64,000 nt of DNA, taken from Macrostomum lignano (Eukaryota). The position numbers and the translations under genes were made by a program. Shown here one piece after another: positions 45,017 through 57,362 of the stretch (positions are counted from its first letter, which is position 1; every line of letters begins with the position of its first letter). The stretch spans positions 372,001 to 436,000 of the forward strand of contig NIVC01000616.1 of the NCBI GenBank assembly GCA_002269645.1. The letters are read 5' to 3'. A model generated the notes under the pieces. The model did no database searches and was not told the origin of the DNA. It was given only the letters and a program-made list of their open reading frames with translations.

Positions 45017-45600
45017 GCCGTTTTGATAGATGAGCAGACAATGTGACCCCTTAGTGTTTTCGGAGGCCGGTTGAAGTTATTTGTTTACCAAATTGAAGCT
45101 TTTTAACTTACGCGTTCATCTAAACGGGGCCTCAAAGATTTTTGGCTCCTCTACTTTGCTGTCTTTGATTCTTCTGCTTCAAATTAATTGCCTGTTCTTT
45201 CCGCCACAGTAAGACAAGGATTTTCTGCTTTGCTCAATTATAGCTCTCCGATCTCCTGATACTGCATAGCAGCGTAACCTGTGTATTTTGGTTGCACACA
45301 GATATTCTCATTGAAATTTTTTTAACAAGAATGTAGATTAAAAGTACGCGCAACTGAACTATGCTTTGTTCTATTTTTATTAAATAGATAGATATTTTTT
45401 ATTTTTACTTTTTGCAAAACAATTTTGCCGTAATTAATTTCTGTTACCAAAGTGAAAATTCAGCATATAGGGCAGTTCGCATGCAAAACATACAATTAAT
45501 TATTTACACTCAGATGAATGATATGCTACTGAAGATTTATCAAACCAGTAGTGTGGTTAGTGCATATTAAAACAAACTTAGTTTAACTGCACAGCCATCC

Positions 45601-45707
45601 ATAGAGACAGGGGCGCCCAACTCAAGAGACAGGGGCGCCCAACTCAAGAGACAGGGGCGCCCAACTCAAGAGACAGGGGCGCCCAACTCAAGAGACAGGG
45701 GCGCCCA
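45601..45707. repeat. 22-bp tandem repeat (AGAGACAGGGGCGCCCAACTCA) x~5
   Basis: Direct reading; a degenerate copy follows near 45737. Confidence 0.85.
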
Positions 45708-46309
45708 CAAAAAAGACGGGCGCCAACGCGAACCAAGAGACAGGGGGCGCTCAGGGTTGCGATCCCCTCAAATTAAAATTGCAACGCACAACCCCGAACA
45801 TTTTTTCCACTCCCCGAATAACACAGACTTGCCGTAAAACGTTGCACACCGAATGTAGCCATGCACTATTCGAAGCTTTCGTCGAATAGTTCGTGAAGGA
45901 ATTTCCTGGGCATTGCAAATTTCGCAGGTGCTTCCGCAGGTGCAGTTCAACATTGCGCTGAAAGAAAATCATTTTTGCTGCAACCAAGTGGCCATGCATT
46001 TCTGCGTAAAAGCGAATGATAAACCGGGAAGGTTACAAAGTGAACTTTTCGATTGCAACAGAATGCTCTCGCACCACCGCTGAGGCTACTAAGGGGATGC
46101 GGCACAAGTGGGTGAAATGTGAACGCAATATAGGGTTAGTAGGGTTGTACCAGTTCCCACTGTGGAGAGGCACGAGCGAAGTTTGAAAGAGATGGGATTC
46201 AAGATAGAATAGAAGTCATGTACCGTATTTATTTATATAAAATATAATTACAGAGGATTGGCTGCAACTGGGTTACTGTAGCTGATATGCCTTTACACTC
46301 AACGACTTC

Positions 46310-47935
46310 ACACTCATTTTGCGCTGCAGTTACTCATTTCAGCATCAAACTCACTCCTTTTAGCGCCACTGTCACTCATTTTAGCATCAAACTCACTCAT
46401 TTTAGCGCCACTGTCACTCATTTTAGCATCAAACTCACTCATTTCAGCGCCACTGTCACTCATTTTAGCATCAAACTCACTCATTTCAGCGCCACTGTCA
46501 CTCATTTTAGCATCAAACTCACTCATTTCAGCGCCACTGTCACTCATTTTAGCATCAAACTCACTCATTTCAGCGCCACTGTCACTCATTTTAGCATCAA
46601 ACTCACTCATTTCAGCGCCACTGTCACTCATTTTAGCATCAAACTCACTCATTTCAGCGCCACTGTCACTCATTTTAGCATCAAACTCACTCATTTCAGC
46701 GCCACTGTCACTCATTTTAGCATCAAACTCACTCATTTCAGCGCCACTGTCACTCATTTTAGCATCAAACTCACTCATTTCAGCGCCACTGTCACTCATT
46801 TCAGCATCAAACTCACTCATTTCAGCGCCACTGTCACTCATTTTAGCGCCACTGTCACTCATTTCAGCGCCACTGTCACTCATTTTAGCGCCACTGTCAC
46901 TCATTTTAGCGCCACTGTCACTCATTTTAGCGCCACTGTCACTCATTTTAGCACCAAACTCACTCATTTCAGCATCAAACTCACTCATTTTAGCGCCACT
47001 GTCACTCATTTCAGCACCAAACTCACTCATTTCAGCATCAAACTCACTCATTTCAGCATCAAACTCACTCATTTCAGCATCAAACTCACTCATTTCAGCA
47101 TCAAACTCACTCATTTTAGCATCAAACTCACTCATTTTACCATCAAACTCACTTATTTCAGCATCAAACTCACTCATTTTAGCATCAAACTCACTCATTT
47201 TAGCATCAAACTCACTCATTTCAGCATCAAACTCACTCATTTCAGCGCCACTGTCACTCATTTTAGCGCCACTGTCACTCATTTTAGCACCAAACTCACT
47301 CATTTCAGCATCAAACTCACTCATTTTAGCGCCACTGTCACTCATTTCAGCACCAAACTCACTCATTTCAGCATCAAACTCACTCATTTCAGCATCAAAC
47401 TCACTCATTTCAGCATCAAACTCACTCATTTTAGCATCAAACTCACTCATTTTACCATCAAACTCACTTATTTCAGCATCAAACTCACTCATTTTAGCAT
47501 CAAACTCACTCATTTCAGCATCAAACTCACTCATTTCAGCATCAAACTCACTCATTTTAGCATCAAACTCACTCATTTCAGCATCAAACTCACTCATTTC
47601 AGCATCAAACTCACTCATTTCAGCATCAAACTCACTCATTTCAGCATCAAACTCACTCATTTCAGCATCAAACTCACTCATTTTAGCGCCACTGTCACTC
47701 ATTTTAGCGCCAAACTTATTCATTTTAGCGTCGCAATCACTCACTTTAGCACCACAGTCACTCATTTTAGCGCCACAGCCACTCATTTTAGCACCAAACT
47801 CACTCATTTTAGCGTCGCAATCACTCACTTTAGCGCCACGGTCACTCATTTTAGCGCCACTGTCACTCATTTCAGCACCAAACTCACTCATTTTAGCGTC
47901 GCAATCACTCACTTTAGCGCCACGGTCACTCATTT
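46310..47935. repeat. 21-bp two-monomer satellite (TCACTCATTTYAGCATCAAAC / TCACTCATTTYAGCGCCACTG)
   Basis: Alternating and block-wise arrangement of two monomers. Confidence 0.95.
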
Positions 47936-48939
47936 AATTTTAATAGAGTTAATTTTAGAAATATACCGAAGGCCGGTCACTGGGCGGTGGGGGGGGGGGT
48001 GACAGAGCATTGGCATCAAAGCAAATGCGTTGCCTCGAGCTGGCAATAAATTTGCTTTCAGCTATCCAAATATTTTGATTAGAGCGAACTTTGCAAACGA
48101 TAAGGGATATAGTGGGGTAACAGGTCCATCCCATGGGTATAGGCCATTGGGTAGGCAGTCAGCTTGGGAGGGCCAGATTAACCGTTGCTCGTACCGTTTA
48201 GAAGGCTCGGGTTTCTGTGCAATGCACTTTTACTCGTTTCTAAGAAAGAATTCCATTTTGCTACTGACCAGCCGTGTGTCCAGAAGTGTTCCTCTCTGGC
48301 AGTTAATCACAGGCTCTGTTTTATTTATAGATAGACTGCTGGAGATTCTTTGACTAGAGAGGAAGTGAAGCCAGTGGAAGCTGAGGATGAGGCTGGGTGG
48401 GCGCAGGCAAGGAAATCTAGATCTAGCAGCTGGAATACCAACTCTTAAGTGGAGGCGCTCGGACCCGGACCGTAGTAGCCTAGTAGGCTGGCGCGATGAT
48501 AACGAAAAATGGGAGTCCGCCTGGGGACCGGGGGCAGGCAGAGACCAATAACAGACAACAGACAAGGCCTGCTAGGGCTCGTTCCCCCTAGAAGGGTATG
48601 AGCGAGCAGGTAAGAAAAATGGGGAAAAGAGGAGAGAGAATATGGGGCATATGAAAAATCACATACTATTGTACATTGTCTTTTTGATACTAAAAACATA
48701 CGGGTACAAATGTACGTTGAATTTCCAGTTAGTCATCGTAACTGCAGAGTCTAAAGCTGTCTTTGTGCACACAAAAGACAGAGCTGAGGCAGTGAGGCAC
48801 ATGTTTTCATGATTTCAAGTTCCCTGCTTTTTCTTAGCTCTTAGTCTTTACTCTTACTAAGATTATAAGATAAAATACTTTTTCGAATGCCATACGAACA
48901 CACCTGCCGGGCCATGTCAGGTTTAGCCGACTATTCAAA

Positions 48940-49560
48940 TATCTTCTCGACTGCAGCGATGTCCAGTTACGAAAATTCCAATCAGACAGCATCGAAGCGC
49001 GCTTCATCTGGATTCGGCAGCTCAGTTGCAGCAGCAAACTTTTATCTATATGCGCCAGCTATCTGAAAGCGACAGGAAAATCAGAGCTGTTTCTCTGTTG
49101 AAGTATTCCAGTATTGCTGTCACTGACATCGAAGTGGTGCTGCGGAATAAGAATATAGTTCGATGAAGAGGACCTGCGGCAACTGGCAGATCAGATTCAC
49201 GGCGAAGTAGTATTCGATTGCTTTCCGGACAAAAGTCACCTGGCCATCGTCTACTGCATCAGCGGCTTCTGCGCCCGTTCATTGCTCCGGACAAAGAAGA
49301 AGTGTGAGTTCTGTGAGGATTCCCTCGTCTGCGACACTGCCGTTGCAGTCTTCGACTTCAAAGACAATCAGCAGGCGAAGGTGCATTCGACTTCCTGGCT
49401 GAAATTGATGAGGAGCACATTTTTCAACTGTGTGTCTTGCTGGCTAGTGTTTTTTGAACTCTTAAGTCTAAAGCACAGCGAGTCTGAAGCCCTGAAATTG
49501 ATTTCTACTGGAAACACTGCACGAATGGGCTCGACATAGTGCAAGAAATCGTAACGCGTG
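48940..49560 (+). mobile_element. Decayed P-element/THAP9-like transposase C-terminal fragment
   Basis: Frameshifted translation KFQSDSIEARFIWIRQLS / MRQLSESDRKIRAVSLLKYS / LAIVYCISGFCARSLL..KCEFC resembles the QDxLExxFGxIRQ and YIAGY..CxxC motifs of P-family transposases. Confidence 0.6.
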
Positions 49561-50659
49561 CTTCTGTGCTTTGCTTGAACTGCATGGCGAAGATGCTGGT
49601 GCGGGAGGTCAATCAGAAGGACTGAAGGAGTCGGCATTATCTGTGTAACGAAACATCAAGAAGCTGACTGCGGCTTTCTTTACTGTTATACATTGCTTAA
49701 TAGCTGGCTAAAATTGAGAATCAAAATGTCAAATCTCAAAAGTCAATCAAGATGTCATTGACTGAACACTGATTGTGCGATCAATTATTTGTCAGAGTCA
49801 GAGCAAAACTATTCAATCAGTCATGTGAATAAAATCACGTTGCACTGTCACAACAATAACTTGTTAAATATTGCTTGAAGTCATTAATTATTTCCGTATT
49901 ATGCTGTTTAAATTCACATTTTTTATTCTGAATGGTGTCGAATTACGAGCTAGCTCGTCATAGTATAGGTACGCATATTTATCCATCATTTTTATTGCCG
50001 AAATCGTAATTCTGTTTCCTTGATGATACACTTTGAATGCAATGATATGAATCAGTGTCTGCTTTTATTGTCTATTAAATACAAAAAACAATATTTGTTT
50101 CGTTTCCATACCTGTTGTGACTTTTCGTGCAAATAAAGTAGAGAACGCTAAATAGAAGTTTGTAGTTAACGAGAGAGCGGATCTGAGCTAGAGAGCCCGC
50201 GCGCGAGCCTAAATAACTTATTAGCCGATTTTATTGATTCGCGTAGATAACAGAACCACAGAAGAGGGGGGGGGGGGTTGAACGTACATTTATCGAGAAA
50301 GATAAGCGATGGACGAAGGGGGGTGGCGTACATGGGGGACGAGGCGCTGATCAATAAGGTGGATGGTTAGGCAGAGAGGGAGCAAGTGCAGGCGCACTCA
50401 TTAAAATAACAATTTAGCGACAATACTTAAAATCCGATTTCGCGCAGGTGTGTGCTGAACCCCCCCCCCATGGGAGTCATCAAACATCTCAGCAGATGTG
50501 CCGAGCCTTTGGGAAAAAAGCAAACATTTTTTTAAAGTCAGGGAGTCGGCAAACTCCGGCCCGCGAAGCCTCTCTATGCGGCCCTCGGGTCCTTTGAAAC
50601 TTCAGAACAGCAAAACGGCCCTCTGAGGGTTTGTGTCTCTGCTCAGCTCTTTTCTTATT

Positions 50660-51620
50660 TATCTCCTCTCTCTTCTCTTTCCTGTCTTCCCCTTCTCTGA
50701 CAAATCCTCTCTCTCCTCTCCGCTCCTTTCTCGCTTCTCTTTTCTTCTCTCTTTTTTCTCTTCTCTTCTGTTCTCTTCTCTTCTCTCTTCTCTCTTCTCT
50801 TCTTTTCTCTCCTCTCTTCTCTCTTCTCTTCTCTTCTCTTCTCTTCTCTTCTCTTCTCTCTTCTCTCTTCTCTTCTTTTCTCTCCTCTCTTCTCTCTTGT
50901 CTTCTCTTCTCTTCTCTTCTCTTCCCTTCTCCTCTCTTCTCGTCTCTCCTCTCCTCTTTGCTCCTTTCTCTCTTATTCTCTTCTCTTCTCTTCTCCTCTC
51001 TTCTCTTCTCTTCTCTTCTCTTCTCTTCTCTCTTCTCTCTTCTCTCTTCTCTCTTCTCTTCTCTTCTCTTCTCTTCTCCTCTCTTCTCTTCTCTTCTCTT
51101 CTCTTCTCTTCTCTTCTCTTCTCTTCCCTTCTCCTCTCTTCTCGTCTCTCCTCTCCTCTTTGCTCCTTTCTCTCTTCTTTTCTTCTCCTCCCTTTCCCTT
51201 CTCTCTTCTCTTCTTTTCTCTCCTCTCTTCTCTCTTCTCTTCTCTTCTCTTCTCTTCTCTTCTCTTCTCTTCTCTTCTCTTCTCTTCCCTTCTCCTCTCT
51301 TCTCGTCTCTCCTCTCCTCTTTGCTCCTTTCTCTCTTCTTCTCTTCTCCTCCCTTTCCCTTCTCTCTTCTCTTCTTTTCTCTCCTCTCTCCTCTCTTCTC
51401 TCTTCTCTTCTCTTCTCTTCTCTTCTCTTCTCTTCTCTTCTCTTCTCTTATCGTCTCTCCTCTCCTCTTCGCTCCTTTCTCTCTTCTTCTCTTCTCCTCC
51501 CTTTCCCTTCTCTCCCCTCTCCTTTCCTTTAGTCTTGTCTCTTTTCCTTTATTCCCTCACCTCTTCTTTTTTCCTATCTCTCCTCTATCTTCTTTATTCC
51601 TTCCCCTCTCTCCCTGGTTT
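50660..51620. repeat. About 1-kb pyrimidine tract, mostly (CTTCT)n
   Basis: Direct reading. Confidence 0.95.
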
Positions 51621-52537
51621 CTCTGCCTGGCCCCTACGGTAAAAAAGCATTTACCGACCCTTGATTCAAGCAATAGAATTCTAGATGACTAACTTCTATG
51701 GCTTGAATCAAGTATTTAGTTATCTAGAATTCTATGATTCAAGCAGTCCTTCAGTCAATGAATTCCTTTCCTTACGTTCTTTTTTTCTTTTGCAGTTTGA
51801 AAAGGAGACGCAACCCAAGGCTGATTGGACAGTGAATACCGAACGGTTTCATTGGCCAAACAGCGGCCTGTTAAGCGGCTGTGCCCCCGTGTAGTTCAGG
51901 GCAGGGAAATCCAGCAGTTCAGCATCCCAAGTTGCATTCTCCAAGCCAGAAATGCCGTTGCTATGGGCCCTAGCAACCGGAACACTGTTAATATTCTTCT
52001 GCACTCATTTGCAAGTTTTTGGCTCGGGCTCGCTTCGAGGTGAGGCCACAGTAAAAAAATAGTTGTTTTTTTATGGATTTATGAACTTTCACATTGCGTA
52101 GGGACGAATTCATGCATTGCATTGCGGCCGCAGAAAATTGATTCATTTTTTGTTATACCTTTGAGTGCTCAGTGCGCAGGTGACCTGCACAGGCCAGTTG
52201 AGTAATGAGCTGATGGGCCTTTTGTCCGGCAGCTCTGCAGTTCCCAATTAGCTTCCCCTCTCTCTCTTCCCAGCATCCGCGCGCCTCATCTTATCTGCAT
52301 CGCTCTCTCGTTTCTTTTTCCATTGATGAAGAGATTTTTTCTGGTTTGCCTTTGAGCCCAGGACTGCTGTGGCATTGCCAGTCTGGCCGGGGCAGGAAGG
52401 CAGATGCGTGACACTGCTCTGCTGAGCACGGCTGCCTGACAAAAAGTCCCGAGGCATGATAGGAACTTGAATGAGGCTCCCTGCTTGTGATAAATGGATA
52501 GAATTGCCTTGCACACAGTTTAACACAACTTGTATGC

Positions 52538-52862
<325 letters not shown>

Positions 52863-53334
52863 AAATACGAAAGCAAACTGAATGAGGTTTCATGGCTCCC
52901 GGCTGTGGATGCTTTGTGACTGATGAAAATTCAGCCACAGCTGGCATTTGTATTTCATAAAAGATGAAGCATCAACTGCATGGTCCGCATATTATGCAGT
53001 GGTTGATTTGTCTTAATAATCTCAAAAACGAATGCATCCGCGCTTGTCTCTGCATGACGAGATTCGCTCATGGAGTCCTCGCGAACGAGCGTACTGCATG
53101 TCTCAAAACCGAAAATGCACTTTACTGTAGCAGAACGTACTGTCCCGTGGAAACCATACGCAAACGATTGCTGCGCGGGCTCAAGACGCGCCCTGGTAGC
53201 AAAGAATCCTGATTGTGAATATTAATATCGGCAGGTGTGATGCTGCCGACCCGTTGACATGCAGCGAGAAGGCAGGAAGTCTCATGCCCCTCCCATTGCA
53301 ACATCAATATATCCTTTTCTATCCGAAATTTCAG

Positions 53335-55621
53335 TATTCCTGACGACGCCTCATCAGAACTGCACCTGGCTACCCGTAGAAAGCTCATTAGTCACGTTCG
53401 AGCTGGCTCAGAACTCTTCGTCAGCAGGTCCGCAGCCTGACGCGGCAGCTTGCTCGGTGCTGCTAACTCCGGACCCGCAGTTCGGCCAGCGCGCGGAAAA
53501 CTTCGTGTTCCGAATCGTGAACAGGCATCTCGTGTGCCAGCTGTCAATCCTAATCGACGACCTGGTTAATAATGTGAGCCATTTCTTTTAAAGCACCGTA
53601 GCTTCTCTCAGGACGGCCTTTAACAATAGTAGCTCCGGGATTCACCAACCATTTCTTAGAAATCGCTATCGGTCTGCAGCTGGCCGAGGGAGATATTCCA
53701 GACCAGCCTGTCCGTGAGACTGCTCAGCCAGGCGGAACCGAGCGCTGAGCCGGCCGAATTTCAGCAGCACTCGAACTCGCTGAAGGCGGATCCTCTGCTG
53801 CTCACTGCAGCCGCGTTTTACAGGCGTAAGTGCGGGAGTGAGGCACTGATTTGGCAGTGAGGCACTGATTTGGCAGTGAGGCACTGATTTGGCAGTGAGG
53901 CACTGAGTTGGCAGTGAGGCACTGAGTTGGCAGTGAGGCACTGAGTTGGCAGTGAGGCACTGATTTGGCAGTGAGGCACTGAGTTGGCAGTGAGGCACTG
54001 ATTTGGCAGTGAGGCACTGATTTGACAGTGAGGCACTGATTTGGCAGTGAGGCACTGAGTTGGCAGTGAGGCACTGAGTTGGCAGTGAGGCACTGATTTG
54101 GCAGTGAGGCACTGAGTTGGCAGTGAGGCACTGATTTGGCAGTGAGGCACTGATTTGACAGTGAGGCACTGATTTGGCAGTGAGGCACTGATTTGGCAGT
54201 GAGGCACTGATTTGGCAGTGAGGCACTGATTTGGCAGTGAGGCACTGATTTGGCAGTGAGGCACTGATTTGGCAGTGAGGCACTGATTTGGCAGTGAGGC
54301 ACTGATTTGGCAGTGAGGCACTGATTTGGCACTGAGGCACTGATTTGGCAGTGAGGCACTGATTTGGCACTGAGGCACTGATTTGGCAGTGAGGCACTGA
54401 TTTGGCAGTGAGGCACTGAGTTGACAGTGAGGCACTGATTTGGCACTGAGGCACTGAGTTGACAGTGTGGCACTGATTTGGCAGTGAGGCACTGATTTGG
54501 CAGTGAGGCACTGATTTGGCAGTGAGGCACTGATTTGACAGTGAGGCACTGATTTTACAGTGAGGCACTGATTTGACAGTGAGGCACTGATTTGACAGTG
54601 AGGCACTGATTTGGCAGTGAGGCACTGATTTGGCAGTGAGGCACTGATTTGGCAGTGAGGCACTGATTTGGCACTGAGGCACTGATTTGGCACTGAGGCA
54701 CTGATTTGGCAGTGAGGCACTGATTTGGCACTGAGGCACTGATTTGGCACTGAGGCACTGATTTGGCACTGAGGCACTGAGTTGACAGTGAGGCACTGAT
54801 TTGGCACTGAGGCACTGATTTGGCACTGAGGCACTGAGTTGACAGTGAGGCACTGATTTGGCAGTGAGGCACTGATTTGGCACTGAGGCACTGATTTGGC
54901 ACTGAGGCACTGATTTGGCAGTGGGGCACTGAGTTGGCAGTGAGGCACTGAGTTGGCAGTGAGGCACTGATTTGGCACTGAGGCACTGAGTTGACAGTGA
55001 GGCACTGATTTGGCAGTGAGACACTGAGTTGACAGTGAGGCACTGATTTGGCAGTGGGGCACTGAGTTGGCAGTGAGGCACTGAGTTGACAGTGAGGCAC
55101 TGATTTGGCAGTGGGGCACTGAGTTGGCAGTGAGGCACTGATTTGGCAGTGGGGCACTGAGTTGGCAGTGAGGCACTGAGTTGGCAGTGAGGCACTGATT
55201 TGGCAGTGAGGCACTGAGTTGGCAGTGAGGCACTGAGTTGACAGTGAGGCACTGAATGAAACGCATGCTTGAAGAGCGAGTGCACTTGAGTTTCCATGGA
55301 GAGAAAGTGGAGCAGTAACCCGAGTCCCTCCAGCGACCTTGCACTGTCACTCAATGCCATATACTCACATGCAATTTAGTGAGAATTCCGGCCTGATTTC
55401 AGTGAAACCTGAGCATGTTTTGTCTCTAATCGATTGGGACTCAGTCTCGCATCAAAGCGAGCTGCAATCGATCCTGGCCGTGCACTCTTAGTGAGCTCAA
55501 CATGGGATTGACAGTGGGGTAAACAGGGATGCAGTCTTACCCTGTAACTGACCTGTGTTTTCTTTCAGTTCAAAGCACGAATTGCCATGGTGTATTTTGC
55601 TTAACAAACAAAAACCTTTTG

Positions 55622-55679
<58 letters not shown>

Positions 55680-56636
55680 GAGCCAAGGTCGTGGCTCATT
55701 CATTCATTCATGCACAGGAAACTTGTGCCTCTCAGCTAGTTAGAAAAGATCATTGTGTGCATTTAGTGTTGTGAAAGTCTGGAACTTCGGACAAGGACAA
55801 AAATATGAATAGAGTTAATGTAAATGCACTTCGAAGTAAAGACAGGAGCCCTGTTGCAAAACTCAGTGAATGAGGCGTGAAGGCGGTACGTGGTTCTTTT
55901 ACTTGTTCTTTGTGTTGCAGTGAACAACTTGCAACCTCTGATTCTCTGACAGCGCACCTCTGCGAAGACTTCAAATGCCGGAGCAGCCGAATCTGCATCC
56001 CGAAGCCGGCAAGCTGCGACGGCCTGGCCCAGTGTCCGGACCTGAGCGACGAGTCGATGGACAAGGAGGACAACTCCTGCTTTCAGTACAACAGTAAGCT
56101 TCGATGAGCAAGTGTGCCAGTGCGTGTCTGCGTAAAGTATCTCAGGATACATGTCTGACGATTGGAAAGTCAAGGCTGCTGTGCATCCTGTGTGAGCGTG
56201 TGCATTGATTGCTATAATTATGGGACTCTTGGGTAGAATAGCTGGGATGTCAAGGCTTACAGGGGGTATTTCTGTGATGTTTAAGGCTGACGGGGGAATT
56301 GCTGAGATGTCAAGGCTGAGAGGTCAGAAGCTACATGTAGTTTATTCAAAAAAATATTCCATTATTTGTGAGCTTCCCAACGGAGGGCGCTGATTGCTAG
56401 TCCTATATACTAAAAGCTTCCATCTAAAGCCAAAATGCACCCCCGGTTACCAAGGCGACAGCTTCTCTCGGATCGGCATCATTCTGACTAGCGCTTTGCT
56501 CGTCAGCGTCGGGCTGGTGTTTGCCGCCGTGATTCGCCGGACTCTGTTGGAACGACTTAAAAAACCGTCGAAATACGAAGTGAATCCCGGCAAGGAGGTT
56601 CAGTGTAAGACGCGATGCGACGTGTACAAAAATTAG
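53335..56636 (+). CDS. Single-pass membrane protein with CUB-like region and one LDL-receptor class A repeat; exons 53335..53573, 53660..53825, 55953..56093, ~56455..56636; 5' exon(s) unresolved
   Basis: Phase-consistent GT..AG chain. LDLa motif CEDFKCRSSRICIPKPASCDGLAQCPDLSDES; TM segment IGIILTSALLVSVGLVFAAVI followed by RR. The CUB call is weak (HQNCTW only) and the last acceptor is uncertain. Confidence 0.6.
53836..55256. repeat. 19-bp satellite (GGCAGTGAGGCACTGATTT), about 74 copies, inside intron 53826..55952
   Basis: Direct reading, period 19. Confidence 0.97.
55625..55677. repeat. (GA)n microsatellite
   Basis: Direct reading. Confidence 0.95.
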
Positions 56637-57362
56637 AATAAAATCAATATCGCTTACTATAAGTAGGATACTAGAGAATTTAATGCGCAATTTTTAAGCA
56701 AATGTTAGCCTAAGGCCAATTTATATGTAGGCCAGATAAGAAGCCAAAAACTTCAGAAACTTTTTCGCCTTTCAGACACCGAATGTGAGACGTCCTTCAT
56801 GTCTCCAGAACTTGACGCATTCTGATTCAATCGCAATGGAAATCGATTACGATTCATATTTTCGTAAAAATATAGACTCAAGATTCCAAACGATAACTTG
56901 TAAATTTACATGCCTAACTTTGTTGAAATTCTTTCTAACCATCGGATACATGTTTTGCTGATTGCGTGTACAAATTTAAAATTATGTGCTTTTGTCTAAT
57001 TTTTTTGCTTGTTGCTGGATGCATGTTCCAAAAAATAAATTTGCTAGTGAAATACGAGTAATTCACAAGTCGAATTTTTGCCGAATTTTGTCATTTTCTT
57101 GAGGACAGATATTGCATTCACGCGTTGCTAGGATACGCATTGATTTGCTGTTTCGCATCGAGAATTACTCCGACCTGAGTCTTGGAATCGCGAGCGCCGT
57201 GTTGATAAGGCCAGCTGATAAGACTGTCTGTCTTTCCCGCCCAAAAGCAGAGCACAAACTCCAGCTGAGCTAGTGAGTCAGCTTGGCTGCAAAAAGTCCT
57301 GGTCAACAGACAAAGAATTTGTTGCCGTTTAGCGACTGGCTTTGTTGAAGCAAACGGCGAAC

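Noticed and set aside
50538-50600. hAT-like left terminus CAGGGAGTCGGCAAACTCCGGCCCGCG
   Set aside because: No matching right terminus or TSD found, so no element boundaries can be supported.
53666-55360. Cys/His-rich 510-564-aa ORFs resembling zinc-finger arrays
   Set aside because: Antisense translations of the 19-bp intronic satellite; all three frames give the same permuted peptide.
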